64,000 nucleotides of DNA, from assembly GCA_965261395.1 (NCBI GenBank), contig OZ253462.1, positions 3,040,001 to 3,104,000 of the forward strand, given 5' to 3'. Below, piece by piece: positions 1-10,100 of the stretch; within the stretch, counting starts at the first letter, position 1, and each line of letters opens with the position of its first letter. The notes below the pieces were generated by a model, which saw nothing but the letters and a program-made list of their open reading frames with translations, was not told where the DNA came from and made no database searches. The translations under genes were made by a program, and so were the position numbers. Source of the stretch: Candidatus Latescibacterota bacterium. Lineage in GTDB: Bacteria > Latescibacterota > UBA2968 > UBA8231.

Positions 1-1
1 G

Positions 2-589
2 GGCTTGTACGACCGCCGCCGCTACTCAGTGGCGTGGTCGGTGGTGGGTGTGACGCTGGGGTTTGCCTGCATCGTGATGCTGGTCTTCTTCTTTAAGGCA
101 TACAACTTCTCGCGGCTGGCCGTGGTCGCGGCTTGGTTTTGCAACTTGGTGTTAATCGCCGGTTGGCGCTTGGTCGCGCGTTGGTTTCTGCACCAGCGCG
201 GCCGCGAGGGCCGGCTGCGCACCCTGCTGGTGGGAACCGATGCGGTCGCAGTGGATTTCGTCGCGCAGCTAGAGCGAGCGGGTATGGCCCACTGCAATCT
301 GATCGGCGTGGTGGGAGAGGTTCCCGAGCAGCGCGATCGCCCGCTGGCCGGTCGCCCGGTGGTCGGTCACGTTGGCGAGCTGGAGGAGCTGGTGAACGAC
401 TTTGCCATCGATCACCTCGTGTTCACCCCGAGTGCCATGGCGTCGTTCTTAGAGCAGCCAGTGCAGTCGCAGGGGTCGCGAGGTTTGTGCGTTAGCATGG
501 TGCCGATTGCGTTTGCCGAGATGGTTGCCGATCGCGGCGCACACGGCTCTGCGCCCCTGCCCCTCGTGGAGATTAGGAGGGGCAGTTGA
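2..589 (+). CDS. 5'-truncated membrane protein with Rossmann-like (CoA-binding-type) domain, as in the N-terminal part of WcaJ-type sugar transferases
   Basis: Frame open from the window edge; TM helices, then RTLLVGT..., LIGVV, PVVG...LEELV. Confidence 0.6.
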   Translation, partial: GLYDRRRYSVAWSVVGVTLGFACIVMLVFFFKAYNFSRLAVVAAWFCNLVLIAGWRLVARWFLHQRGREGRLRTLLVGTDAVAVDFVAQLERAGMAHCNLIGVVGEVPEQRDRPLAGRPVVGHVGELEELVNDFAIDHLVFTPSAMASFLEQPVQSQGSRGLCVSMVPIAFAEMVADRGAHGSAPLPLVEIRRGS

Positions 590-658
590 GTCGGGTAGTG
601 TTGATTTCTTGCCTTTATTTACGTATTGTGAACGCGAGCATTCGCTGGGAGAATAACT

Positions 659-1360
659 ATGTCTGAGATGCGTTTGGCAGGCGGTCGGGAGATCGTGTTG
701 CCGATGAGCAGAGCAGTGGAAATTAGTTTTCGCAGCCTGAAAATTCGCTTTGGCCGCTCGCTGATCACCACTAGCGGCGTGGTTCTGGCCATTGCCTTTT
801 TAATGTCGGTGTGGAGCAGCAACGAAATCGTCAGTAGTCTGCGGAGCGCGGACAAAAGCGAGATCAACTTGCTGTTGCAAAAAAACGGCATTGAGACCGG
901 CGTCACCGAGGCCGGTGACGCTTCCGCAGAGGCCGAGGCCCGCCTACAGGAAGAGCGATCCAAGCAGACTTGGCTCATTAGTCTCTCGCTCTTGGTCTGC
1001 GTCGTCGGCATTGCCAACGCTATGTTGATGTCGGTGACCGAGCGGTTCCGCGAGATCGGCACCATGAAGTGCCTTGGGGCCTTGGACACCTTTATTGTCA
1101 AGCTCTTCCTCCTCGAATCGACCTTTCAGGGGTTGGCGGGAACTTCGGCGGGGATCATCATCGGCTTCGCGCTGACGCTGGGGTTGGCGCTGCTTGATTA
1201 CGGCGGCTACGCGCTGGCCTATTTCCCGCTGGGCGGCATCGTCGAATCGGCCGGTTACGCCTTGGTGGTGGGGACCCTGCTTTCGCTAGTCGGCGCCATG
1301 TTGCCGGCGTATCGCGCAGCCAAGATGGAGCCGGTCGAGGCCATGCGTTCCGACACTTGA
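659..1360 (+). CDS. FtsX/MacB-like ABC transporter permease
   Basis: GIANAMLMSVTERFREIGTMKCLGA and PAYRAAKMEPVEAMR motifs. Confidence 0.9.
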   Translation: MSEMRLAGGREIVLPMSRAVEISFRSLKIRFGRSLITTSGVVLAIAFLMSVWSSNEIVSSLRSADKSEINLLLQKNGIETGVTEAGDASAEAEARLQEERSKQTWLISLSLLVCVVGIANAMLMSVTERFREIGTMKCLGALDTFIVKLFLLESTFQGLAGTSAGIIIGFALTLGLALLDYGGYALAYFPLGGIVESAGYALVVGTLLSLVGAMLPAYRAAKMEPVEAMRSDT

Positions 1361-1380
1361 TTCCTTAGAGGAGATCTGAA

Positions 1381-2151
1381 ATGACCGCAACCGCCCCGGG
1401 CGAGGTCGCTGTCCAAGAAGCGGAAAAACGCACGGTAGTACGGACTCAGCAGGTAAAGAAAATTTACTTGATGGGCGAGATTGAGGTTCACGCCCTGCGC
1501 GGGGTGGACATGGAGATCTACACCGGCGAGTACCTGTCGATCATGGGGCCTTCGGGCTCGGGCAAGAGCACTTTCTTCAACATGGTCGGCGGACTCGACA
1601 AGCCCACGGAGGGCAAGGTGTACATCGACGAAGTGGACGTCGCCCAGCTCGACGCGTATGAGCTGGCTTGGCTGCGCTGCCGCAAGATCGGCTACATCTT
1701 CCAGTCGTTCAACTTGATCCCGGTGATGACCGCGCTCGAAAACGTCACCTTGCCGATGGTCTTCGCTGGCCTGACCAGCGACGAGGCCCGCGACAAGGGC
1801 ATGGAGTTGTTGGGCAAGGTGGGCCTTGGCGAGCGGTACTCGCACAAGCCCTACGAGCTTTCGGGTGGCCAGCAGCAGCGCGTGGCCGTCGCTCGCGCCT
1901 TGGCCAACGACCCAGCCGTCGTCCTCGCCGACGAGCCGACGGGGAATCTGGACCTGCGCACGGGCACCGAAATCATCGAATTGCTCAAAGAGATGAACGA
2001 GAATTCCGGTGTGACGGTCATCTCGGCGACCCATGACCACAAGATGCTCAGCGTTTCCGACCGCGTGGTGTGGATCAAGGACGGCCAAGTCGATCACGTG
2101 CGCAAACGCGAAGAGCTCGATATCGAAGTAACTCAGGTAGAAGGCGAGTAG
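1381..2151 (+). CDS. ABC transporter ATP-binding protein (LolD/MacB family)
   Basis: GPSGSGKS, LSGGQQQR, LADEPTGNLD; GAGGAG RBS. Confidence 0.95.
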   Translation: MTATAPGEVAVQEAEKRTVVRTQQVKKIYLMGEIEVHALRGVDMEIYTGEYLSIMGPSGSGKSTFFNMVGGLDKPTEGKVYIDEVDVAQLDAYELAWLRCRKIGYIFQSFNLIPVMTALENVTLPMVFAGLTSDEARDKGMELLGKVGLGERYSHKPYELSGGQQQRVAVARALANDPAVVLADEPTGNLDLRTGTEIIELLKEMNENSGVTVISATHDHKMLSVSDRVVWIKDGQVDHVRKREELDIEVTQVEGE

Positions 2152-2939
2152 TGCTGCCGACCTACCCGCCCGCCTTCTGGGTCTGCGCGGTGGGGGCAGT
2201 GTTATTGATGGGGGTGGCCAAGGCCGGCTTTGGCGGCGGCATCGGGATTTTGGCCACCCCGCTTTTGGCGCTGATGGTTTCGGTAGCGGACGCGGTGGCC
2301 CTGTTGTTGCCGCTGTTGATTGCCTGTGATGTGTTCGCCGTCCGGCACTACCGCCGCACCTTTGACAAAACGAGCGTCCAACGGCTCCTGCCCGGTTCTG
2401 TCTTGGGGATCGGCGCTGGGGCTTTTTTTTTCGGCTACTTCAGTCAGCACGAGCGCGTCCTAGAGGTGGGCTTGGGCTGCATGGCCTTGCTGTTTGTCGC
2501 ATTCCAGTTCGGGCGGGCGGCGATTGTCGGAGCCGTGCGGAAGCAGCGCCCGGGGCCACTCGCTGGCGTGGTGATGGGCGCAATCTCGGGCTTTACCTCG
2601 ACAATTGCCCACGCCGGGGCACCGCCGGTGGTCATCTACCTGCTGCCGCAGCAGCTATCGCGCCACGTCTTCGTCGGCACCACGGTCATCTTCTTCGCCG
2701 CGCTCAACTTGCTCAAACTGCCGCCCTATTGGGGCTTGGGGCTTTTTCACGCCGACATTTTTAAGACCACTTTGCTGCTGGCTCCGCTGGCATACGCCGG
2801 GGTGAAATTGGGCGTGTTTTTGAATCAGCGGTTTAGCGACGTGTGGTTCAATCGAGTGGTGTATGGGATGTTGCTGGCGACGGCGGTGCAGTTGATTACC
2901 GGAGATAATTTACTGGAGGAAATGCTCAATGGACGATAG
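2151..2939 (+). CDS. Sulfite exporter TauE/SafE family membrane protein
   Basis: KAGFGGG and GFTSTIAHAGAPP motifs; GTG start overlaps the upstream TAG. Confidence 0.85.
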   Translation: MLPTYPPAFWVCAVGAVLLMGVAKAGFGGGIGILATPLLALMVSVADAVALLLPLLIACDVFAVRHYRRTFDKTSVQRLLPGSVLGIGAGAFFFGYFSQHERVLEVGLGCMALLFVAFQFGRAAIVGAVRKQRPGPLAGVVMGAISGFTSTIAHAGAPPVVIYLLPQQLSRHVFVGTTVIFFAALNLLKLPPYWGLGLFHADIFKTTLLLAPLAYAGVKLGVFLNQRFSDVWFNRVVYGMLLATAVQLITGDNLLEEMLNGR

Positions 2940-3882
2940 ACCCTATTCCCGCCGCACCTTCCTCAAACTCTCGACCGCGGCGGCCGCCGGCCTTTCTATA
3001 AGCGCCGCTCCAAACCACAGCGACATGCCCCGCCGAATTTTGGGCCGCACCGGCGAAGCCGTTTCCCTGCTCGGCTTGGGCGGCGCGCATATAGCCCACT
3101 ACGGCAACATGGAAGAAAAGGCGGCCATCGCCTTGATGCACGCGGCCATCGACGAGGGGATCAACTTCTTCGACAATGCTTGGGGCTACTCCGACGGCGA
3201 GAGTGAGATACGCATGGGCAAGGCGTTGAGCGGCGGCCATCGCGACCGCGTATTTCTAATGACCAAGGACACGAGCCGCCACCCCAAGAGGGCGATTGCC
3301 CACCTCGAAGAGAGCTTGCGCCGGCTGCAAACCGACGCGATTGACCTCTGGCAGTTTCACAGTATCAGACAGCCCGACGACCCAGAGCGGATTTACGAGC
3401 AGGGCCTGCTAGAGGCCGCGCTTAAAGCGAAAGAGGAGGGCAAGATCCGCTACATCGGCTTCACCGGCCATACCTTGCCCGCTCTGCACGTGGAGATGAT
3501 CGAGCGCGGCTTTGCTTGGGACGCCACGCAAATGCCGATCAACGTGTTCGACCCGCACTACCTCAGCTTTGTCGAGCAGGTGCTGCCGGTCGCAGTAGAA
3601 AAAAACATCGGGGTCATCGCCATGAAGACCTTGGCGGGTTCGCCCGGAGCGATCCTCGCAACGGGTGCGGCAACGGCGGCAGAATGCTTGCGCTACGCCA
3701 TGAGCCTGCCGGTGACTACCGTGTGCTCCGGGATGGATTCGCTGGAAAAGCTGCGGCAGAATGCGGACATCGCTCGCCAGTTCGCGCCCTTGGCCGACGA
3801 CGAGCAACTCGCGCTTTTATCGCGCACGGAAGAGCTAGGGGCGCAGGGCGCACACGAATCGTACAAGGCTCGCCAACCCTGA
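2929..3882 (+). CDS. Aldo/keto reductase with Tat-like signal
   Basis: SRRTFLK; FFDNAWGY, TK, LQTDAIDLWQFH, GKIRYIGFTGH. Confidence 0.9.
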   Translation: MDDRPYSRRTFLKLSTAAAAGLSISAAPNHSDMPRRILGRTGEAVSLLGLGGAHIAHYGNMEEKAAIALMHAAIDEGINFFDNAWGYSDGESEIRMGKALSGGHRDRVFLMTKDTSRHPKRAIAHLEESLRRLQTDAIDLWQFHSIRQPDDPERIYEQGLLEAALKAKEEGKIRYIGFTGHTLPALHVEMIERGFAWDATQMPINVFDPHYLSFVEQVLPVAVEKNIGVIAMKTLAGSPGAILATGAATAAECLRYAMSLPVTTVCSGMDSLEKLRQNADIARQFAPLADDEQLALLSRTEELGAQGAHESYKARQP

Positions 3883-3887
3883 TCGTC

Positions 3888-6872
3888 GTGCGCCATATTT
3901 TTTTCTTCCTCTTTTTTGCTGTACCTCTGTGGGGACAAGACCTAGGTTCCGCTCCGGTCAAACCCGCTGGTCCTCCCAAGATGGAAAGTGCGCTGTGGGA
4001 ACTGGCCGCGCCCTCGGCGGCCAAGCCGACCCGCGCCGCAGACGGCTCAGATGTGGTCGTCATTTTGGTCCCTGCCGGGGGAGTGGCGGCCACTATTGAC
4101 ACTGCGTCTTTTGCCGACCTCGGCGTCGCAATCTTGGCTCGGTCCAAGAGCCTGATGCGCGTGTCGGTGCCGACCGCATCACTGCGGGCGGTATCTGAGT
4201 TGCCGAGCGTGGCCTTTGTCCGCAGGCCGTACCGTCCGCACTCGCAACAAACCCTTAGCGAGGGCTTAGCTCGCATCCGCGCGCTCGAACATCACGTCGC
4301 TGGGGCGAAGGGCCAAGGGGTCAAGGTGGCGATTATCGACGGCGGATTTAAGGGGGCCGATAAATTAAAGGAAGACATGCCGTCGCGTTGGTGGCACCGC
4401 GACTATACGGGCGCGGGGATATACGCTGGTACGGACGCCCACGGCACGGCGTGTGCCGAGATCATCCACGACGTGGCCCCGGAAGCTGAACTCTATCTGT
4501 ACAAGGTCGAGGATATAGTGGATATGGAGAATGCCAAAGACCGCTGCATACAAAACGGAGTCGCCATCGTAAACTACTCGGCGACTTGGGTGAACGAGGG
4601 CTTTGGGGACGGGCGCGGGATCATCTGCGACATCGTAAATGACGCGGCCGACAACGGCATTCTCTGGGTCAACGCCGTTGGCAACTACGCCCACAAGCAC
4701 TACGCGGGTTTTTGGCACGATAGCGACGCCGACGATCGGCACAATTTTGCCGCTGGCGACGACGCAGTGAATTTTGTCGCCGAGATCGGTGACTTCGTAA
4801 GAGTGACGCTGACTTGGGACGATTGGCCCACCACCACGGCGGACTACGACCTCTATCTCTACCATCAAGACGCATTCGGCAACATCAAGGAAGTCGCCAA
4901 AAGCACAGATGTTCAGGGGGACGGCGGCGCTCCTGTGGAGTTTATAGAATACTTTGCCGTGCAAGAGGGCACGTATGGCATTTCCGTCGTCCGCGTCGGC
5001 GAGGCAGAGCCCAAGAAGCTGCGAGTGTGGTCTTGGCACCACGACATCGAATATCCGGTCCCAGCTAGCAGCTTGGGGATTCCGTCGGACGCTCGCGGTG
5101 CGCTGAGCGTTGGGGCGATCCACCACGACCAATGGGATTTGGGCATACTGGCAAGCTATAGCTCGCGCGGCCCCACCGCCGATGGCCGCATCAAGCCCGA
5201 CCTCGTCGCGCCTTCGGGCGTGACAACGGCTTCTTACGGTGCAGATAAGTTGTTTGGGGGGACCTCGGCTGCGGCTCCTCATGTGGCCGGCGCGGCCGCC
5301 CTGCTCAAATCGGCCAATCCTTCGCTCTCGCGCGACGATCTGTGGAATGCCCTCGTCGAGGCCACCGTCGATTTGGGAGCACCGGGCAAGGACGACAGCA
5401 CGGGATACGGCAAACTCGTGTTGTCGGTTTCAGCGCCGCAAATTACGAGCGTCTCGCCTGCCCGCGCTCAATACCGCCAAACCGTTACCATCGTCGGCCA
5501 GGATTTCGGCGGTACCAAAGGGACGAGCAAAGTGGTCTTTTTTGCGGGAAAGGAACCGAGCGATTCCGACTATCTCACTTGGAGCGATGTGCAGATCCAA
5601 GTGCGCGTGCCAACCGGCGCGCGCACCGGCAAGGTGCAGGTGATAACCGGCGGCGGCAGCGACAGTGCGCAGGTAGTCGTCACATCCCCTTACATTGATG
5701 CGATCACCAATCACACGCGCATGGATGCGGGGGCCAAGACAGACGATCTCATCCAAATTACCGGGGACAATTTCGGCATCTCGCGGGACAGCAGTTCCGT
5801 GTGGATTGATTCGGTCGCGGTGTCTTCGTTTGAGGCTTGGTCGGATAAGACGATACGGTTCCGCGTTCCACTCAATGTGCCCTCGGGCGACGTGACCGTT
5901 GCGACGCTTGAAGGCACCAGCAATGCCGTCCGCATGGAAATCGCCAGCCCATACCTAGTGCAACTTGCGCCAGCGCAAGTACAGGCTGGCGAGTACCTGA
6001 AGTTGACCGGCGGTAACTTTGGCCAGGAGCGCGGCACGGGGTACGTTTTGTTTAACCCCAATGTGCAAGCGGCGGCTGACGATTATGCGGTCTGGTCCAG
6101 CGGCGTCATCGTCGTCCGAGTCCCGTCTCAGGCCCGCAGTGGCGCGGTGCAGGTTTTCACCGCCGATGGAGCCACCGGGGCTACGCACGTTGAGATTGGC
6201 AGCGAATGGCTAGAGCCGCTGCCGAGCAGTGGGATTTTCGGCTATAGCCCACCCACAGTTAGCAAAAATCCCAAAAACGTCAAGTTCGGTTTTGAAGGCA
6301 TCAATAGCGATGTCCTGTGCCAATTTTCGACCAAGGAAATAAGCGACAACGAGGTCGTCGTTTTCCTCAACGAACAAAGGTACGAAGTGCTCCTAGCCGG
6401 AGAGGATTGGCGGACTTGGTGTCTGGTCCTCGATGAAACATACCTTCAGTCTGGTCAAAACGTCATCGAGTTCCGCAATATCATCAACCAAGACCGCGCG
6501 GCATCCTTCGTCCGCTGGCAGTTGAAGGACGTGGTAGTGCTGTGGAAGCCGTTTAGCGCTAAGCTCGCCGCCGGGACGCGGCTTCTATCCAAGTTGCCGG
6601 ATGGTTTGGGCGATCCCTTTCCCACGCCGTTCAACGCCGAAGTTACCATTCCCTTTACCTTGGCCGAGGCCGGCCCCGTGCAGATTTCCGTCTATAATTT
6701 GATGGGACAGCAGGTTCGCGTGTTGGCCGATGGCTGGGTGGCTGCTGGTGCGCACCGCGTGCGTTGGGACGGTCGCACGGCTGCGGGTACAGAGGCTGCT
6801 TCGGGGGTCTATTGGGCCGTGTTGCAAGCCGGTGGTGTCGTTCAAACGGCCAAAGTGGCGTTGATTCGCTGA
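3888..6872 (+). CDS. Secreted S8 subtilase with inserted beta domain, 3 IPT/TIG domains and FlgD-like C-terminal sorting domain
   Basis: Triad VAIIDGGF / HGTACA / GTSAAAPHVAG; signal peptide after GTG 3888; PTPFN...YNLMGQ...WDG tail. Confidence 0.9.
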   Translation: MRHIFFFLFFAVPLWGQDLGSAPVKPAGPPKMESALWELAAPSAAKPTRAADGSDVVVILVPAGGVAATIDTASFADLGVAILARSKSLMRVSVPTASLRAVSELPSVAFVRRPYRPHSQQTLSEGLARIRALEHHVAGAKGQGVKVAIIDGGFKGADKLKEDMPSRWWHRDYTGAGIYAGTDAHGTACAEIIHDVAPEAELYLYKVEDIVDMENAKDRCIQNGVAIVNYSATWVNEGFGDGRGIICDIVNDAADNGILWVNAVGNYAHKHYAGFWHDSDADDRHNFAAGDDAVNFVAEIGDFVRVTLTWDDWPTTTADYDLYLYHQDAFGNIKEVAKSTDVQGDGGAPVEFIEYFAVQEGTYGISVVRVGEAEPKKLRVWSWHHDIEYPVPASSLGIPSDARGALSVGAIHHDQWDLGILASYSSRGPTADGRIKPDLVAPSGVTTASYGADKLFGGTSAAAPHVAGAAALLKSANPSLSRDDLWNALVEATVDLGAPGKDDSTGYGKLVLSVSAPQITSVSPARAQYRQTVTIVGQDFGGTKGTSKVVFFAGKEPSDSDYLTWSDVQIQVRVPTGARTGKVQVITGGGSDSAQVVVTSPYIDAITNHTRMDAGAKTDDLIQITGDNFGISRDSSSVWIDSVAVSSFEAWSDKTIRFRVPLNVPSGDVTVATLEGTSNAVRMEIASPYLVQLAPAQVQAGEYLKLTGGNFGQERGTGYVLFNPNVQAAADDYAVWSSGVIVVRVPSQARSGAVQVFTADGATGATHVEIGSEWLEPLPSSGIFGYSPPTVSKNPKNVKFGFEGINSDVLCQFSTKEISDNEVVVFLNEQRYEVLLAGEDWRTWCLVLDETYLQSGQNVIEFRNIINQDRAASFVRWQLKDVVVLWKPFSAKLAAGTRLLSKLPDGLGDPFPTPFNAEVTIPFTLAEAGPVQISVYNLMGQQVRVLADGWVAAGAHRVRWDGRTAAGTEAASGVYWAVLQAGGVVQTAKVALIR

Positions 6873-6903
6873 GTCGAATAGTGCCTACCGCAAATTCCTT
6901 GAT

Positions 6904-6931
6904 TTGACGCCTCGTTTTGAGGGCGTATTAT
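6904..6931 (+). promoter_or_regulatory. Possible sigma70 promoter with an overlapping palindrome
   Basis: TTGACG-16 nt-TATTAT; ACGCCTC...GAGGGCGT inverted repeat spans the spacer. Confidence 0.4.
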
Positions 6932-6940
6932 AGCTCCATC

Positions 6941-7003
6941 GCACTCAGCATGACCGGCAAACATAGTACTATCACCTGTCATGCTGAGCGCAGCGAAGCA
7001 TCT
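6941..7003. repeat. REP/MITE-like inverted repeat element
   Basis: CTCAGCATGAC (6944-6954) and GTCATGCTGAG (6978-6988) form a perfect IR, continuing as CGCAGCGAAGCATCT. Confidence 0.6.
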
Positions 7004-7101
7004 CATACCGCTTCTACTGTCATGTACGTAGGCCGCTGCCAATCCGCGTTGGTTGGCATACCACCTGCTATATACACCCACCCCTAAAACATGGAGCGAC
7101 G

Positions 7102-10100
7102 GTGAAACTAATTAATCGTTATAGAATTATGACTGCCCTTTTCTTGGGCGTTTTTGGCTATGTACCCCTCTGGGGACAAGACATAGACTTTACACCTGAC
7201 AGGCCCGACGGCCCTGCCAAGATACAGAGTGCGTTGTGGGAGTTGGCAATACCGGGGGCGGCCAAACCGACTCGCGATTTACAGGATACTGTCGTCGTCA
7301 TCTTGGTTCCACATCCTGGCCAAGCGTCGGCTTCGATTGATACCTCGTCGCTGGCTGCACTTGGCGGGAGGGTTCTGGCGCAGTCCAAGAGTCTGATGCG
7401 GGTTTCGGTGCCAGCGTCGTCGTTGCTGGCGGTTTCGGAACTACCGGGGGTTCGCTTTGTCCGCAGGCCGTACCGGCCACACGCGCAACAGATCATCTTT
7501 AGTGAAGGTGGGAATCTCATCAAAGCGTATGATAATTACTTCGAGGGTGTGAAAGGACAAGGGGTCAAGGTGGCCGTTATTGACGGAGGATTTAAGGGGG
7601 CGGACGAACTACCTGGAAACATGCCGGACTCTTGGCGGTATCTCGACCATACGAGCGAGGGGATATATGCTGGCGAGAGCGTCCACGGCACGGCGTGTGC
7701 AGAGATAGTCCACGATGTGGCCCCGGAAGCCGAACTCACGCTTCTGAAAGTGGGGAACTTAGTTGACTTGGAAAATGCTAAGGATCTTTGCATACGAGAG
7801 GGTATTGACATAATCAATCATTCCATGACTTGGTATGGAACAGGCATTGGCGACGGGGAAGGAATAGCCTGCGACATTGTAGATGACGCCGCCGATAAGG
7901 GTATTCTCTGGGTAAATGCAGCAAGCAATAGCGCAAAAAGCCATTACTACCAGCCTTGGTCTGATCGCGATTCTGATCGTTGGCACAACTTTAAAGGCGA
8001 CGACGAGACGATAGGATTTGAAGCTGAGAAAGGGACTGAGATATCCGTTTACTTGACATGGAATGATTGGCCCGAAACCCGTGATGACTATGATCTGTAC
8101 CTCTATTTTTCTAACTCCTCCGGCGAGCTCGAAAGCGTTGACCAAAGTACAGATGTTCAAAGTGGTTCCGGTCGTGAACCTGTAGAATGGATCGAATACA
8201 CTGCAGAGAGATCGGGACAGTATCATATTCTTGTTCGTAAAAGCCCAGACGCCCGATCTAGAAGGCTGAAAATATGGTCATTTCATCGTAATCTCGATTT
8301 TGAATATTCGAGCCCGGAGGGCAGCATCGGGATTCCTGCGGACGCCGAAGGAGCCATGAGCGTTGGAGCGATCTATCATGATTATTATAACTTGGGTAGA
8401 ATTGAAGATTACAGCTCCCGAGGTCCCACCCTTGATGGCCGTATTAAGCCTGAACTCGTCGCCCCTACAGGGGTATCAACCGTTTCTTATGCACCGGATG
8501 GTTTTTTCGGAACATCCGCCGCTGCGCCTCACGTCGCCGGCGCGGCGGCCCTGATCAAGTCAGCTAATCCCTCGTACTCACGCACTCAATTGTGGGATGC
8601 ACTTGTCGATGCAACAGTTGACATAGGACCCCGGGGAAGGGACAACGACAGCGGATACGGCAAACTCGTGTTGCCGATTATGCAAGTTTCCGCAAACACC
8701 TCTCCTCGCATCAGCAGCGTCTCTCCGCAGACGGTACAGACGAATGGGATTGTTACCGTAAGCGGGAGTAATTTCGGTTCGTCGCGGGGGAGTAGTTCCG
8801 TGCGGATAGGTTCGGTCGTGATCCCTTCCTCTGCGTTTACCTCTTGGTCGAGTAGCAGGATACGCTTCCGCATTCCCGTCAATACGCCCCCCGGCAACCT
8901 GACCGTTAGAACGTCCCAAGGCACCAGTAATGCCATCCGCCTACAAATAACGAGCCCGTATCTGACGAGGATCTCGCCGACGCGAATCGAAACAGGGAAT
9001 CGCCTGACATTAACGGGCGGTAATTTTGGCGATAGACGGAGCACGGGATACGTTTTATTTATTTCCAATGTACGACCCTCTGCTGCGGACTATGTGAGTT
9101 GGTCCAACAGCAGAATTGTCGTCAAGGTTCCGGCTAGAGCGCGAAGTGGCAATGTACAGGTTACTACTTCGAATGGGACATCGGGGACGAAGCTGCTTCA
9201 AATCGAAAGCAGGTCTCCTCAAATCTCGTCTGTCTCTCCCCGCCGAGTCCAGTACAATCAGGTCGTGACCGTCACCGGCAGCAACTTCGGCTCGTCGCGG
9301 GGAAGCAGTACGGTTCGGATAGGTTCGGTCGTGATCCCCTCCTCTTCGTTGGCTAGTTGGTCGAATACCCGCATCAGGTTTCGCGTTCCCACGAACATGC
9401 GCTCTGGCAATGTAACCGTCCGCACTTCGACAGGAACGAGTAACGCCATCCGCTTAGAGATAACAAGCCCCTACTTGGCCAGTGTTTCGCCGAGCAGAGT
9501 CAAGCCAGGGGACCGTTTGACACTGACCGGGGCCAATTTCGGGAGCAGGCGGGGGAGCGGTTACGTTTTGTTTGCGCCCAATGCCCGGCCGTTAGCCAGC
9601 AGCGATTACGTAGTTTGGAGCGGCAGCCGAATTGTGGTTAAGGTTCCGGCTAGGGCGCGAAGCGGAGACGTGAAAGTCGTTACGGGGGCTGGAACTTCCG
9701 GGGGCAAACGTATTGTGGTCGAGTCTGTAGCTCCTCAAATCTCGTCTGTCTCTCCTCGCCAAGTGCTGTACAATCAGGTCGTGACGGTCACTGGAATCAA
9801 TTTCGGCTCGTCGCGGGGAAGCAGTACGGTTCGGATAGGTTCGGTCGTGATCCCTTCCTCTTGGTTGGATAGTTGGTCGAATACCATAATCAGGTTTCGC
9901 GTTCCCACGAATATGCGCTCTGGAAATCTCGTCGTCAGAACCTCGAAAGGTACGAGCAACGCCATCCTCTTGGAGATAATAAGCCCCTACTTGGGCAGTG
10001 TTTCTCCGAGCAGAGTCAAACCCGGAGACCGCCTGACGTTGACCGGGGCCAATTTCAGGAGCAGCCGGGGGAGTAGTTACGTCCTATTTGCACCCAATGT

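Noticed and set aside
3516-3887. N-terminal extension of the 1118-aa ORF
   Set aside because: Overlaps the AKR gene; the signal peptide and similarity to the paralog start at GTG 3888.
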